Part shown: piece after piece, positions 48,015 to 62,273 of the stretch | How the letters are laid out: each line of letters starts with the position of its first letter | Numbering within the stretch: the first letter of the stretch is position 1 | DNA from: Daphnia carinata | Lineage: Eukaryota | DNA length: 64,000 nucleotides | Direction of reading: 5' to 3' | Assembly (NCBI RefSeq): GCF_022539665.2 | Contig: NC_081333.1 | Coordinates: forward strand, 9,734,001-9,798,000 | Notes under the pieces: generated by a model | What the model saw: the letters and a program-made list of their open reading frames with translations, nothing else | Databases searched by the model: none | What the model was told of the DNA's origin: nothing | Translations under genes and position numbers: made by a program

Positions 48015-51000
48015 ATGCCATGCAACGTACCAAGGTAAACAAGTTTACACATGTAGAGTTCGTAGGATCGATAACAACAATCAAACAGTACAGTTTATTG
48101 CAGTTTCTAAGTTGATGTAAGTATATGTTATTATTGTTCTGAAGGGTTTCCTTCTTCTCACGGGCCTACGTGTACGGAACCCCCTCCGACCATAGGTCCC
48201 CTAAATATCAACCCCCTTTTTTTCTATACCCTACCCATTTCTTTCCCACACTCCCTACCGACATTTTCAGTGTATTTATGTACGAAGGAGAGGGAAAGAA
48301 AAAGGCCTAGCGAAACTAAAAACTAGTTTTTTTTTATGTCTGCTATCCTAGAAATCATTTAATGTATTCTGCTTCTTCGTGTTTAGGCCTACTTTAGCCC
48401 CCTTCTTCTTCCAGCAGCAGCCTCTCCAGGCGACCTCCTGGGTGGAGTGATGGTGTCTTCTTCCTCGCCATCTTCGCCCGATGCTGCGCTCTTACTCGGG
48501 TAAGAATCTAGACACACACATACATTCTCTAGTCTTTCTCCTTTTTGGTAAACAACTTTTCGAGGGAGAACGCCCTTGGATATAGGGGGAGATCGGAGGG
48601 TCACGGAACCGTGGAAACAAACAACATGAACCCCCCATCTCTAAAAACCAGAAACCCTCTTTTTTTTCCGTCTTCTTTGGCACACATACACACAGAACCT
48701 ATAGTCTTTCTCTTTTTTTCTTTTACGATGATGACAATTGATAGACACAAGGGCCACGGCCTCTGTGTCGTCATACCTTCAAAGAATATTTTATCGAGGA
48801 AGAAAGGAAGGGGGGTCCAGAGACAAATGGGTGGACTGTCGTTAGACGTTACAGCACTGTGACAATGGGCCTAGGACCCGGCCTGATATATTTCGAATAA
48901 AGAGGATTATTGTGTTGTGTAGGCCAGATTTCCACGGGCGAAATGCTAATCGCATTGATCAACGCAGAATGGCTTCCGTCTTCCCTGATCCAGACGCTCC
49001 AACAGAGACACAACACTGCCCCATCTGCCTCAACCGTTACGACGATCCACGTGTTTTGCCTTGCTTCCACACATACTGCCGACGCTGCCTAGATGCTCAC
49101 GTAGCCGGCCGTCTTCGTTTTCCGTGTCCGTCCTGTCGGGAAGAAGTCTATTTAGGCGAAGGTGGAACTATCGATACGTTGCCCACCAATTCCTTCATCG
49201 GAGACATCCTCAAAGTGGTCAGCGATGTTCCAGAATATGATTCGCCTTCCGTCCTGGATCGCGGCAGTGGCGGCAGCGGAAGCGGTTATGAGACCGCAGT
49301 CGGGGCCGCCAAAGTGCCCAGCCGGGCCTACATTTGCTCCAACTGCGACGAAGGAGCCGTGGCATCCTCTCGTTGTCGAGACTGTAACGAAGTGCTGTGC
49401 GACAGCTGCGTTAGGGCTCATCAGCGGGTCCGTCTGACCAAAGATCATTACATCGTCCGTTTCACCGAAGACTTGTCGAAAACTGTCGGCTTGCCTGTAG
49501 GCCTCTCACTTTTCTCCAGCCCTTCTTTCTCGTACTGCGATATCCATCCGGCTGAAGTCTTGCGTCTCTTTTGCGACATGTGCTCCGTTGCCATTTGCTC
49601 CGAATGCACACTCAGAGACCATCGAGGACATTCATTCATTTATCTCAAAGATGCCGTGGAGAATTCAAAGACCATTAGCCTTAAATTGCTGGCCGATGCC
49701 AAAGCCGGAATGCGAGCCGTCGAAGAAAGCATGGAGATGACTAGTAAAATGGCAGAAAGAATCGAACTTCGAGCTCAAGCTATCGCCACAGAAATACGAA
49801 CGGCCACACGCCGTCACATGGCAGCACTGGAAGAACGGGAACGCGAACTTTTGCAACGCGTCGAGAAGATTCGTCAAGTTAAAGGCAAATCGCTTCATTT
49901 ACAGTTGGATGAATTGCGAATGGCCTTGCTACGTCTCGGATCCACAGCCGAATTACTCAAAACAGCCCTCGAATCCGGCTCCGACGTCGAGATTCTTCAC
50001 ACAAAAGACAAAGCATTAATCGAATTTCAGCATTTAAGACAAATACGTAGCAGTTTGCAACCACAAGAAGACGATATCATCCAATTCAACCCGCCTGATG
50101 GCGCTCTACTCCAGGCCATTTGCTCCCTGGGTCTCATATCCAGTTCCGGATTTGGTCCGACATCTGTAGCCTTTGGCGATGGAATCAAACGCGCTCTGTG
50201 TAACCATGTCGCTTGTATGACGGTCCACGTCAAAGATCATCAAGGAGATCCACGTCTTGTTGGAGGTGATCCTATCGTTGCCATCGTCGAAGGGCCGAAT
50301 GGTGTCTCTTACCGGGCTGACGTGGAAGATCGTCAGAACGGTACGTACGTCATGACTTATCGACCTCAAGTGGAAGGCCGGCACATTATCACCGTGTTGA
50401 TTCGAGGCCGGCACATTAACGGATCACCATTCACCGTCAAAGTTCGTAGTGGACGAGATTATTCGACTGTTGGTCAGCCTTTATTAGCGTTCGGTAAGGA
50501 GGGTGAGAGTGAAGGAGAATTGTGTCGCCCGTGGGGCGTCGCTTGTGACAAGGATGGCTACATCATCATCGCAGATCGCAGTAACAATCGCGTTCAGATT
50601 TTCAACTCGGCCGGAGTCTTCCATCATCGTTTCGGTTCGCCTGGAACTCGCCCCGGCCAATTCGATCGGCCGGCTGGTGTCGCTTCAGATCATCTGGGTC
50701 GCATTATTGGTTAGTATATATTAGTACTTCTGACTAGGGAACCAGCATTTCATTTTGTGTTTTAATTTCGTTATTAGTTGCTGATAAGGATAACCACCGC
50801 ATCCAAGTCTTCACGTTCGACGGCACGTTCCTCTTCAAGTTTGGTGAGAAGGGAACGAAAAACGGCCAGTTCAACTATCCATGGGATCTGGCAGTCAACT
50901 CTGAAGGCCAGATCTTGGTGTCCGACACCCGAAACCACCGCATCCAGCTCTTCGCAGCAGACGGCACGTTCATCAACAAGTACGGCTTCGAGGGAACGCT

Positions 51001-51444
51001 TTGGAAACACTTTGACTCTCCGCGAGGTGTGTGTTTCAATCACGAGGGACATATAGTCGTGACCGACTTCAACAACCATAGGTTGTTAGTCATCAATCCC
51101 GATTTCCAGTCGGCTCGCTTCTTGGGTACGGAAGGCTCGGGCAACGGCCAATTCTTGCGCCCCCAAGGCGTCGCTGTCGACTCCGAAGGACACATTATCG
51201 GTAAGTTGGAGTTGTGTGGAACAATTTTATAGGAATTTTTAATTATTGTATCCGTTGATAAAAAGTGGCCGATTCGCGTAACCATCGCGTTCAAATCTTC
51301 CAACCGAACGGCAACTTTTTGACGAAATTCGGTACTCACGGAGCGGGACCAGGTCAGATGGATCGACCAAGCGGCGTCTGCATTTCACCTGAAGGCTACA
51401 TCATCATCGTAGACTTTGGTAACAACCGAGTGCAGATCTTCTAA
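48015..51444 (+). CDS. TRIM71: TRIM-NHL protein TRIM71/LIN-41 (RING, two B-boxes, coiled coil, filamin, NHL repeats). Exons 48015-48034 (tentative), 48923-50709, 50778-51200, 51266-51444; ATG 48969 is an alternative start
   Basis: [26 protein letters not shown]-box [17 protein letters not shown], filamin DRQNGTY..TYRP..EG.H, and NHL repeats [21 protein letters not shown] and [11 protein letters not shown]. Confidence 0.93.
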
Positions 51445-52011
51445 ACTCGGCGCCCCTCGACAATATATCCCACCCTTCTCTCTTTCTCTATGATATAAGA
51501 TATGTTCTTATACATTTCCTCTTTTCATTCTTTTCTACCCCCCAGCGATTGACCCCCTTTTTTTGTTGTTGTCAGAAGGGAGAGCTACTTTCGCTTGCCA
51601 CCACGAATGTTCCTGCATAGTAATCTCGCCGAACAGAACAAAAACGAAATAGTAGAAAACGACCTATCCTCCCTCCCAACTTCCCTAGGAAACGGTAAAA
51701 AAAGAAAAAAAAAAGAGGGAGAGGTTACGCAGCCCTTGTGGATAAAAATATATTATATAGGCGCGAGAGATTTTAGAAACCTAAACGCGAATTCCTCTTG
51801 AAAGTACAAAAGCATTTTCAAACGCAAAAAAAGAACTAAAGTTTTACATTCAGATAGATTTTTTTTTTCTCCCTTTTTATTTGTCGATCATGTTGAAACC
51901 GTCGACTATCCCCTACTACTTCGTTTACTATGAAATTTATTCTAATTAAAAAAATTTTTTCTTCCGTGAAAGAAAAAAAAATTCATTTGTCTTCTCAATC
52001 GTTTCGCCTGT

Positions 52012-52097
52012 CTCAGGGAAGCACTACAGGACTTGTCCCAGTTTTTGAAAAACTTTCGCACTGCAGATGGCCTTCGATATCGGGGCAGCTCTCAGGG
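52012..52097 (+). promoter_or_regulatory. Two miR-125/lin-4 seed matches in the presumed TRIM71 3' UTR
   Basis: CTCAGGGA at 52012-52019 (8mer) and CTCAGGG at 52091-52097 (7mer-m8). Confidence 0.7.
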
Positions 52098-52779
52098 TGT
52101 GCGAATGTTTTATTTTATTTTTTGTTTTTGATACCTGCCCGTTTTCTCGGCGGAGAATTTTTAAAAAGAATTATGTCGTAGACTCGAGAAAGATTTGAAT
52201 GCGTGAAGGAATCCCATTAATGATATACAGATACGTATAGCTCTACGTTACGAAAATCAACCCGAATTTCAGTACGATGACCAATTTACAATTAAAATGA
52301 AGCAGTGCAAAAAAAAAATTATCATGTACGTAATAACGTCATTTCACACGAGTGAAAAAGAGGTCGCTTCTTTTATTCGTTTTGTTTCATACGTAAAATC
52401 GATTGTGATGAAGACAGGGATAAATACGTATATTTTCTCGTTCAATTTGCTTATCCAACCTCCCCACGTAAAACTTGAAAATATTGGCGAAAACAACAAC
52501 AGCACACGTACCAGTTTAACTGATTAGCATTTGTTTCTATCTGCTCATTTTACTTTTGAAAAAAAAAAAATAAGATTGCGAGAAAAAATTAAAAATAATT
52601 TTTACGACGATTTTGCTTGCCTAACAAGTGTTTCCAAAAGCAATTGTGACGCGCGCGCGCAAGTTCAGTGAGCGCAAGCTATTGTGGTTCCTTATGAAGG
52701 TTTGGTGCTGTTTTCGTTCCTTTTCAAAAAGTAAAAAAAAAAAGATAGAAAGAAAGACAATATTCTTTTTAAAAAATTT

Positions 52780-52985
52780 AACCATTTCCACGGATCTACC
52801 TCATTCGATTTTTTTTGGTCCTTCTAACTAAACCAGGATGTTTGCACCTTTTCGCAAGCGCATTTGTTGTTTCGTTTGTTTTACATTTTTAGCATGTCCT
52901 CTTTCGAATGTTTTATGTTTTTTTTTTGTTAATCGAATTCTCCTTCGATGCAACGGCAGTTCCTCACGATAAGCAAAACTACCTC
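52780..52985 (+). promoter_or_regulatory. Two let-7 seed matches in the presumed TRIM71 3' UTR
   Basis: CTACCTCA at 52796-52803, preceded by AACCAT (possible 3' pairing), and CTACCTC at 52979-52985. Candidate AATAAA at 53660-53665. Confidence 0.75.
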
Positions 52986-54919
52986 TCTCGTGGTATCACC
53001 CGAAGAATCAGTTGTTCTTCACATTCGTACAACCAGTGTGTTTTTAACGTTTCTCTTTCGTGCTTTTTTCTTGTCTCTTGTCGGTAGTTTCGGGTAGTTG
53101 TTTACAACTAAATGTAGAGGGTGCAAGTAGCCCAGTTTTCTTTTTTTTTTTTTACGTTCAAAAGTGATGTGGGTCTTGTTGAGCCAATTATCCTCTCAGG
53201 AATAGTAACTGCAACTTGGTTGCAGTTTTCGGGATTCATTTTTTTTTTTAGATGAAATAGTTTTTGTGACATGCCTATCCTCATTTTTAACCTTTCAAAT
53301 GCGGGTCAAAACTGTTCATGTCCCAAATGGTGAAAACCAAACGAAATTTCTACCCCACCGTGTTTAAATGTTGACACGTATGTTACGGCGTGTGTCATCG
53401 ATTTACGTAAAACCATGTTCGTGACTTCAATTAACAAAAAGTTCCTAATCGTTTTCCCCAATAATGCATTTCTCCTATCTTAATTTTTTCCAAAATAATT
53501 AACCATGAATGCAAACTCCAAATGTTCCTACGTGTTTCAATCCTCTTTCGTATGAATTGATTTATGTTTTTTCCTCAATGTCACGTACCCATCGTCTCTT
53601 TGTTTTTTTGGCTGTCGAGTCAGAGCTTATTTACAAACTCGTAGAGATAATCTGCTAAGAATAAAACTGCACACCCACAAGAAGGAGGCGACGAAGTCGA
53701 CGGATAAGATCCGTATCATAAAAAGGGCTGCACCGGATGCTGGAATCTTCTCGTACAACTTTGAATTCCAGCCGTTTATGTCTGAGAGAAGCCTGTACCG
53801 CATCGGCCTAAGCAGCTACTTTCACTACTTAAAAACACAAAAGATCAAACCACTCGGTTCCTAACTAAAGTTAATTTTAATTCTCTCTTCCTTTACGAAA
53901 AAGGAAAATTTAGAAATGATATCTTCCTGAGCTTGGCTTATCTATGGAGAATGTTTTAAGTTTCACTGTTTTGGAAATAATCAGTTAATGCTGTTTCGTT
54001 AGTGTTTTAAACGCCACCCAATTTCTTGCAGTCTTACCACCTAAAAATGTAGCGATTACCAATAATCGCTTTAAAATGACGCTATTCCGGTGGTTTGACC
54101 TTCAAAATTCAGTTCGTTTCTTTTATTATTATTTTTCTTTTTAGAAATCCTCTGGAAAGATCCTTATTTCTATATGTGTTTTTCCCGGAGTTTGTGTCCT
54201 CTCCTCGTGTCTGTTTTCCCGTTTCTCCTATCCACATTGTTTTTAATTCATAACCATCGTATCACTGCCAATTGTGAAACCAGCTTTGTAGGAGCATCTC
54301 GCGGAGATTTTTCTTCTTTTAATCCTGATCGTACGACTGTCTTCAATTTACTTGGGAAATAAACGTCTTTTTAAAAAAAGGTGTTTCTCCCTACATGGCT
54401 GCGCGCGCTTCGACGATACGCGTGTTCCAAAACTGGAAAACACCGTCGATGTCGACTTTGATCGCACTTGCTGGGCTTTATCCGGTCCTCGTGCCCCGCC
54501 AGCACAGTGCGGGCATAACTTAAAGCTTGACCATTTGGTCCTGTGCGGAACGATAAATAGCCGTATGGCTTCTGTAGGCTGTGCCATCTAATCTTGTCAA
54601 CTTCTACGTCAACAAACCTTTTTGTCTTCCAGCTGGCTTTTAAAAAACTCGTAAACCGTATCAAAAACTTCCCGAAATGTAAATAAATTTTTGTAGATTT
54701 CTTTGGACCTAGGCTGTAGAAAAATCTCTCATCGTCTATTGCAGATTTCCGTTTTGAAACGTAGGCGGGGTGTTACACCCAATATTGACGCTAGGTGGCA
54801 CGCAAGTGTTTGTTTACGACAAATTGAATTTTCGGACTGTCGACGAAAGATATTGGTGACCGTGAAAGTGAAACTGGCGCTCTTACGGAGCAGTTACGAT
54901 TTCAAGTGGAAAAATTAAG

Positions 54920-57900
54920 ATGAATTCAGCGTCCTCAACTCGAAAAGAGGGTATGACGAAGAACTTGGCAAGAGCTACTAGTTTGCCAGCTGAACTGAAT
55001 CGATATTCTAAAAACTGTAAATTGCTATGTAATATACTTCGCGATACTAAAATTATCATCAACGAGATCAACACAGCGGACTATTTGACACAAGGTTTTT
55101 ATAACGATGTGGATATTATTTTTTTAATTGGGAATTTTCCAGAATTTTGAATCTTAGATGAGCTTCCCAGTCTACAAGTAAACCCTGATAAGCTACATGT
55201 AATCAATGAACTGGTTGACAAATCAGTTGCCCTAGTCGTACTAGGTTATTCAAACAAAGCAAGAGCAATTTTAACAAATGAATTAGTTGGTGGCAAATCA
55301 TTATTTCCTGTGGTAAATAGCAACCTCTTTACATAATAAGGTATGTTTAAATTATTGAATGAGCCATTTTTAGATAGAAACAAATGTAGATAGCAAGAAT
55401 GAAGACACTACACGGCAATGCCATTGGAAAGGTGTCAAAATTAGGCACACTTCCTTTTGTCTTGTGGGTAATAATCAAAAATTGTTTCATTTGGAAGTTG
55501 TGTGAGCCAACTTGATAATTTGTGTTTTCATTCATAAGGACTGAGCACTACTTTGGGCCCAACAACATTACCTTTTTCCCAATCTATAATATCATATGAC
55601 AATTTGGTTATTGATTGCAACTCTCCTCAAGCCAAGGTAAATATTGTTGTTATCTTGTATTTCCTTAAATCGTAACCCAGTGTTGGTTTGAAGGATATTT
55701 ACTGTGATCTTAGCATGATGGATGTCAATATAAAACATTTTCTATTTCGTGATGGTACCCAAGTTTGGGTTGCACCGTCCTTTCACCCTGCAGGTAAGAC
55801 CAAAAATTCATGATATAATTTGGTGTTAACTATTATATGCCCTTCTATACCCTGTACTTTTTTAATATGTTAGAAAACAGGTTTAATGGAAATTGGTGCT
55901 CCTTCAGCCCAAGTGATTTTCTATCACTGGTGAACCAGTGTACCACACCAGTATTTTTATATGCTGTCCATGGAACACAGTTAAATGAGGAAGAAAAATC
56001 TCAATTGAAACTATTCAAACAACTTCTCCCTTCTTCAACTGTAATTCATTTCGTTTTGAACTCTGGTACAATCCCGGTAAAGATATTTTCTTACTTTCAT
56101 GTTAAGCGTCTGTTTCACGATGTAATTCTTTTTATTTGAATTTCGAAAGAAGCAACAAAATTCAACTAGTTCGTTAGTCATAACGCGGCCCAACATTGGC
56201 ACAGGAGGACGACACAGAAGGCATACAAGTATTCATCCTGACAGGGTAGTCGGTTCTCCAACCAATTTTCCTGTTAGCGAAGCTTACACGAAAGAAAATC
56301 CTTCTACTGATCATATCGTATTTGCGTACGAACCAATCAGCGAAATAGGATTTTCTACTAGAGAATGCGGTAATTCAGCTGAACTATAACATTTTCACAG
56401 ATGCAATGTTCAGCCACTAGAGAGATGTGCTAATAATGGCTTAACGTTTGCCTCATTGGTAGGCTTTGTAGATGGTGGAATCCAGAGTACTGTTGATGAA
56501 TTGACCTGTGGAGTTACTTCCTGTCTACCATTTGTGAGGAGCGTTCTACAGAATCAGCTTCTACAGTCAGCTAAAATCCTCAATGAGGTAATTTCTTGGA
56601 GGTAATATGTACGACAAACAGTAACATTAACAAATCCTTTGCTTGGTTTTTACGTCTAAAGTGTCACAACCAAATGCTAAGTAATTTCATTTTGTCGGCG
56701 TTCGATTGGGCTCGCCAAGTTCAAGTAACACCTCTAAGATTAGAATATGTGAAGCAAAAGGAAGGTGAATTGTTTAACAGACTGTTGGCGTTCGCCAATA
56801 AGAAACAAGAAGAAATACGCTTGCTGATTTCCCAAACTATGGTTGAAATGAGAGACGAACTTATCCGTGCAGCTATCGATTACGATATATTTCGTAAGTG
56901 TTGCTTAAAAATCTTCATTAGGCTAACGTACAGATAGTCACCCAACTCATATGTGGCTTTAAAAATGTTTATTATATAGGTGAAGATTGTTCAAGCGTTG
57001 ACCACCATCAACTTCGGAAATCTACAGAAGAAATTCAAAATCTTGTACTAGCCCTGTTGAACAAGACAATTGCAGAGAAACTCACGAGCTCAGTTTTGAG
57101 TTTAAGAGAAACCTATCTCGGCACACTTCAACGGTTTGTGATGCCTTTGAAAAATCTCCTTCATTGTATTGTAAATGTTGATGCCATTTTCATTTAGATG
57201 TCTTAGTTCACTGGAGAAGGCTCATCAGCATGATACTCATGATGCTGATAGAATGTCAGAGCAAGATAGCTACTCAGACACACAAAGAGCAAGTGAATCT
57301 CTAAAACAGGTATTTGTGATGCTTGGAAAATGTTTGCCTTACTAATACCCCCATGTTTTATTTTTTTTTTTTCGCCCTTGATCGTAGATAATCAATGCAG
57401 CTTACCAGGTTCAGTTGAATGTTAAATCATCTGCCTCGTTTGTGCATTCATTGTGGGAACGACTCCATCAGTTCTTGCGCTCTCTTACTCTGCCAAAGGC
57501 AGATACCTTATCTGCAACGAGTTCTGGATCCGGATCGTGGAGCACGTCTTCAGACCAAAGCCCTATGACACCTACGGAATGGAAAACTCAGGTCGCCGTT
57601 GATCTTTTAGATTCGCTTAGTGATAACCGACTGGCGCGTGTAATTTGTTCCCAGGTTCGGTATTTAGTTACAAAGCAGCGATAATGGTTAATTGAGGACT
57701 TACCATTAACGAAAGATTATTGTTTGATTCCCATTTATTCATGCCATTCTTCTGCAGTTTCGAGACCGACTACGACAAGCACATGTTGCTTTTCTGGATT
57801 CCCTGAGAGAATTAGAATCGGTTCACACTGGTCGCCTCGAAAAGAATGAAGAACTATTTTTGCGGTTGCGAAAAATTCTCGTTCCTCGTGTAGCCAGATT

Positions 57901-59467
57901 GGCTTTGGAATCTACATCACTTAAAGACATGATTCTCTTTGGTAAAACGATTTCTTCCAAAATTCAAACCCAAGAAATTTTTAGCTCTGGGAAGAATTCT
58001 GTGGTGCCAGGTACATTGGAATGACAAGTCTGCTTTCTGATTATAGGTATGCCACAACTCGGTCGAGAACTTGGTCGCGGTCAGTACGGAGTAGTATACT
58101 CCTGTGATAGTTGGGGACCTGTCGCTGAGCGAGGAATCAGGTGCGCCGTCAAATCAGTTGTTCCTCCAGATGACAAACATTGGAATGATCTCGCAATGGA
58201 ATTCCATTACTCTCGGTATTTCAAGTTGAAATTGTGTCAAGTGTTCTTATAAACGTATTGTTTCTTACACGTAAAGCATGGTTCCGCCTCATGACCGCAT
58301 CGTTAGTTTGATCGGGTCGGTCATTGATCATTCTTACGGAGGGGGAGCGTCACCAGCAGTACTTCTTATAATGGAAAGGTAATACCTTAATGGTTCTTGT
58401 TAGTACGCCTGTATTGGTGTGAACTAGGTTGGCTTATTTATGATTGTTTGCAGAATGAATAGAGACCTCCATACCGCTTTGAAGATGAGTTTAACTTGGC
58501 CGAAAAGGCTTCGAGTTTCAATTGATGTCGTTGAGGGGATCCGTTTTCTTCATTCTCAGGTACAAAAACTACATTGTTATTATGCAATTGGTGCTAAAAA
58601 AATCAACAAACTGTATTTTTGATTGGCCACTCAGGGTTTAGTTCATCGAGACATCAAACTAAAGAATGTCTTGTTAGATCCAGAAGATCGTGCCAAAATT
58701 ACTGACCTCGGATTTTGCAAACCTGAAGCGATGATGTCAGGTATTGGGCAGATTAAATGGTAAATTTGTGATAGGAATTCTTCAGTTTTGTTGGAATAGC
58801 AGGATCCATCGTTGGAACCCCGATTCACATGGCTCCAGAATTGTTTACTGGGCACTACGATTCCAGCGTTGATGTCTACGCGTTTGGCATCTTATTCTGG
58901 TACATCTGTGCTGGCCACACGAAACTTCCATATGCTTTTGAACAGTGTCAGAATAAAGACCAGTTGTGGCAGTGTGTCCGCAGAGGTAAGACGTTATTTG
59001 GTTTCAATAGACAGTTATCAATAATGTAGTTTACCGTTTATACTTCTATTAATAGCTTTCTTGGAATAACCATAAATAATTTAATTTAAAAAGTTATGCC
59101 TCGAGTTAGCTTGATGTTGTATTATGGTGGTAGGGACTCGTCCGGAAAGATTGCCTTGCTTTGACGATGCTTGTTGGACGCTCATGGAAGATTGTTGGGC
59201 CAAAGACCCAAATCAACGCCCCTTGCTTGGTTTCGTCTACGCAAGACTTGAAGCTATCTTTTTGTCACACTGTCATGGGAGAATCGTTGACACGGGTATG
59301 TTGAAAAACTATGCATATTAAAAGTAAAAAACGAACATAAAAAAACAAAGAAAAAAATCCTAAATCTCCACTTTCTTACAGGAAGCATAGTGATACAAAG
59401 GGAACATCCTCCTGATAGTTTGTCTTCAAGTCCCTATATACAGATAGATTTAGAGCCATGCCAATGA
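54920..59467 (+). CDS. DSTYK: Dual serine/threonine and tyrosine protein kinase
   Basis: Kinase motifs [74 protein letters not shown] and [13 protein letters not shown]. Confidence 0.95.
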
Positions 59468-59638
59468 CCTATTTCTAAATGCTCGAAATAAGCAACTGAA
59501 AGCTATGTACTATCCATTTAACTTGATAATAAGCTACAAAAGTGTTAATCAGAACAATACAAGTTGGATTTCTCTTTAGCCTATCTTTTATTTATTTGAG
59601 TTGTGAAACACTATATCAAACTGTACAAATAGGGAACC

Positions 59639-60218
59639 CTATTCTTTTGTGGCATTTGGATCCCAAGCCTGAATTTTGGATTTTGTTGTAGAAAATGGCA
59701 TGTATGCCTCTGGTGTTCCACTTTTGTTTTCAGTATGGTCAACCATCCACTTGTACTTGACAGGTGGTTTCTGAAAAATAAAAAATTAACAATAAGTTTT
59801 TATTTGTAGTTTTGTATATTTGAAGTTGTCATCATAAGAAAAAAAATAGAAACTTGCCACTGTTGGAGGTAAGTCAGTTTTGTAATGCAACCAACCATAC
59901 CACTCGGCAGGCACTTGCGAACCATCATAGTCCAAAAAAACTTTGTCATTATAAATGACCCATCTATTTCGTCCGACGAAATAGCGATTATTTTCGTAAT
60001 ACGTGTTTCCGTATTTATCAGTGCCGACTACATTCCCATTCTTTAATTCATCAGTCCGAAAAAGTTGGTAGAGAGAACCTAAGATTCCAAAAATTAATAA
60101 GTTATTCGAGATTTAGTTTTTAAACGTGTTCGTTTTTACCCCTTATTCCACCATTCTGTTTCAAAATATCGAAGGTTACTTTAACTTTATCGAGAGCTCC
60201 AGTAATGTACTTCGCCAT
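59639..60218 (-). CDS. NDUFA12: NADH dehydrogenase 1 alpha subcomplex subunit 12 (B17.2); exons 60218-60140, 60078-59858, 59770-59639
   Basis: Manual translation gives LFRTDELKNGNVVGTDKYGNTYYENNRYFVGRNRWVIY..DYDGSQVPAEWYGWLHY.TD.PP and YMPFSTTKSKIQAWDP. Absent from the supplied ORF track. Confidence 0.95.
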
Positions 60219-60466
60219 TTTTACTGTTTACCACAGCTGAAAAACGACTACCGTTACCAACAGCACATAGTACGAAAGGTTTCTACAAGATGTCTATTTT
60301 CCTAAATCAGCAGACGAACATTAACAGTGTAAAAACTGCCAAAGTGCCAAGTGCAACGGTGGAAATTCGAACAATTTTAAACTAAAGTATACATCTTTGC
60401 CTTCAAATCATTTTTATTATTCCCTGTTACAACAGTTTTTCCGTTATTGTGTCAGCAGTAAATAAT

Positions 60467-62115
60467 ATGAAATGCCATTACGAAGTTCTTGGTGTCCCTT
60501 TGAATGCATCAGAAGATGACCTGAAAAAGTCCTACAGAAAACTTGCTCTCAAATGGCATCCCGACAAAAATCTAGAAAACTCAGATCAGGCCAAAAAAGA
60601 ATTTCAGTTTATTCAAGCAGCCTATGAAGTATTAAGTGATCCCCAAGAGAGAGCATGGTATGATAAGCACCGGGATGCAATCCTACTTGGAGGTTGTAAT
60701 AATTCATGTTCCATGTTCTTGGACAGTATGATTATAATTATATTTTTTCAGCAAAAGGAGCAGAATATCAAGAAAATGCAGTAAATTTGTTTGAATACTT
60801 CACATCTGCTTGTTACTCTGGGTTTGGAGATGATGAGGAATCTTTTTATGGTGTTTATAGGTATGTATTTTGTACATATTGATTGATTTTGGATTATGTT
60901 GCCTTTCAATTTGTTTTCATTTTGCAATAGGGAGTTATTTAGCAGGATTGCTGCTGAAGACATGGAATTTTCACAAGATCAAGATAGTGACTTTGAAATC
61001 CCGGATTTTGGTAATTCCACCAGCGACTACAGTGAGGTAAATAAAAGCAGAAAGTTTCTTAATTGTAAATTAATTTTATAATGTTTTTTTTAGGTTGTTC
61101 GCCCATTTTATGCCTATTGGAGTGCGTATTGCACGTTACGACCATACTCTTGGTTAGACAAGTATAATATTGATACTCTGAAAGAAGTACCTCGCAGGTT
61201 TTTTTGTCGTTTTAAATGTTGATATTTTTGTGTTTGACTACGTCATCTTTTTTTAATAACAGAGTACAGCGGCTGATGGAGAAAGACAATAAAAAGCTTA
61301 GAGATGTGGGTCGTAAGCAAAGGAATGAAGAAGTTAGAGCCCTGGTTAATTTCGTTCGTAAACGAGATCCACGTGTGAAGGCCTACATAGTAAGTACAGC
61401 CATTTTTCATTGTAAAGTAAAGTCTTAAAGATCATCGTTGGGCAGAAATTGCTTGAAGAGAAGACAGCACAAAATGCATTAAAAACAAAGCTTCAACAAG
61501 AGCGCCATCGAGAGAAACGGCGACAACTTTTAAACGAAACAACTAGCACGACCGGTTTTGGTTTCACTCAAATGTCTGATTTGGAAAAACAACTAAGAGT
61601 AAATATATTTTCAGCGCAAAATTTAAAATCAGTTTGTCAAAAAAAACATTGGGTGGTGGATTTTAGGATATTGAAGCTCAATATGCTTCATCGGTGGAAA
61701 CTTCGGATTGTGACAGTGACGCCGAGAGTGACGTTGACGACAACGAAGACGGTACGCCGAAAGAACATGCAGATACCGCTTACCAAACAAATGAAAACCT
61801 TGAGAAAAATAGGAGTGAAGAGCGTGTTTCAAAAGAACAAACACTGGAGAATATTACTACTGATAGTGAAAATTCTGACGAGGATTTACTGGATTTCTAT
61901 TGTCCAGCTTGTAAAAAGAATTTTAAAACAATAAAATCGTAAGTAGCAGACCTGTTTTCGACATATTTCCTCAATACCAATTAAATAATTTAATTGTCAC
62001 TAGACGTGAAAGCCATGATCGCAGCAAAAAACATCAAAATAAAGTACGTGCATTACGTAAAATGATGTTAGAAGATGAAAAAGATGGTGAAGAAAGCATT
62101 GATGATATTGAATAA
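60467..62115 (+). CDS. DNAJC21: DnaJ homolog subfamily C member 21 (J domain, C2H2 finger)
   Basis: [74 protein letters not shown] and [19 protein letters not shown]. Confidence 0.95.
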
Positions 62116-62273
62116 AAAGACTTTTGTCCACTTTCTGGAGTGAAATAATTTAAATTGCTTTCTGGAAATATACGGATAAAGACGATTTCTACTTTTTGGA
62201 CCATGGCTTTTTTAAACGACATCATGAAATCGATTCGGAACTTTATGACGCACCCTCACCTCACACCACCCCC

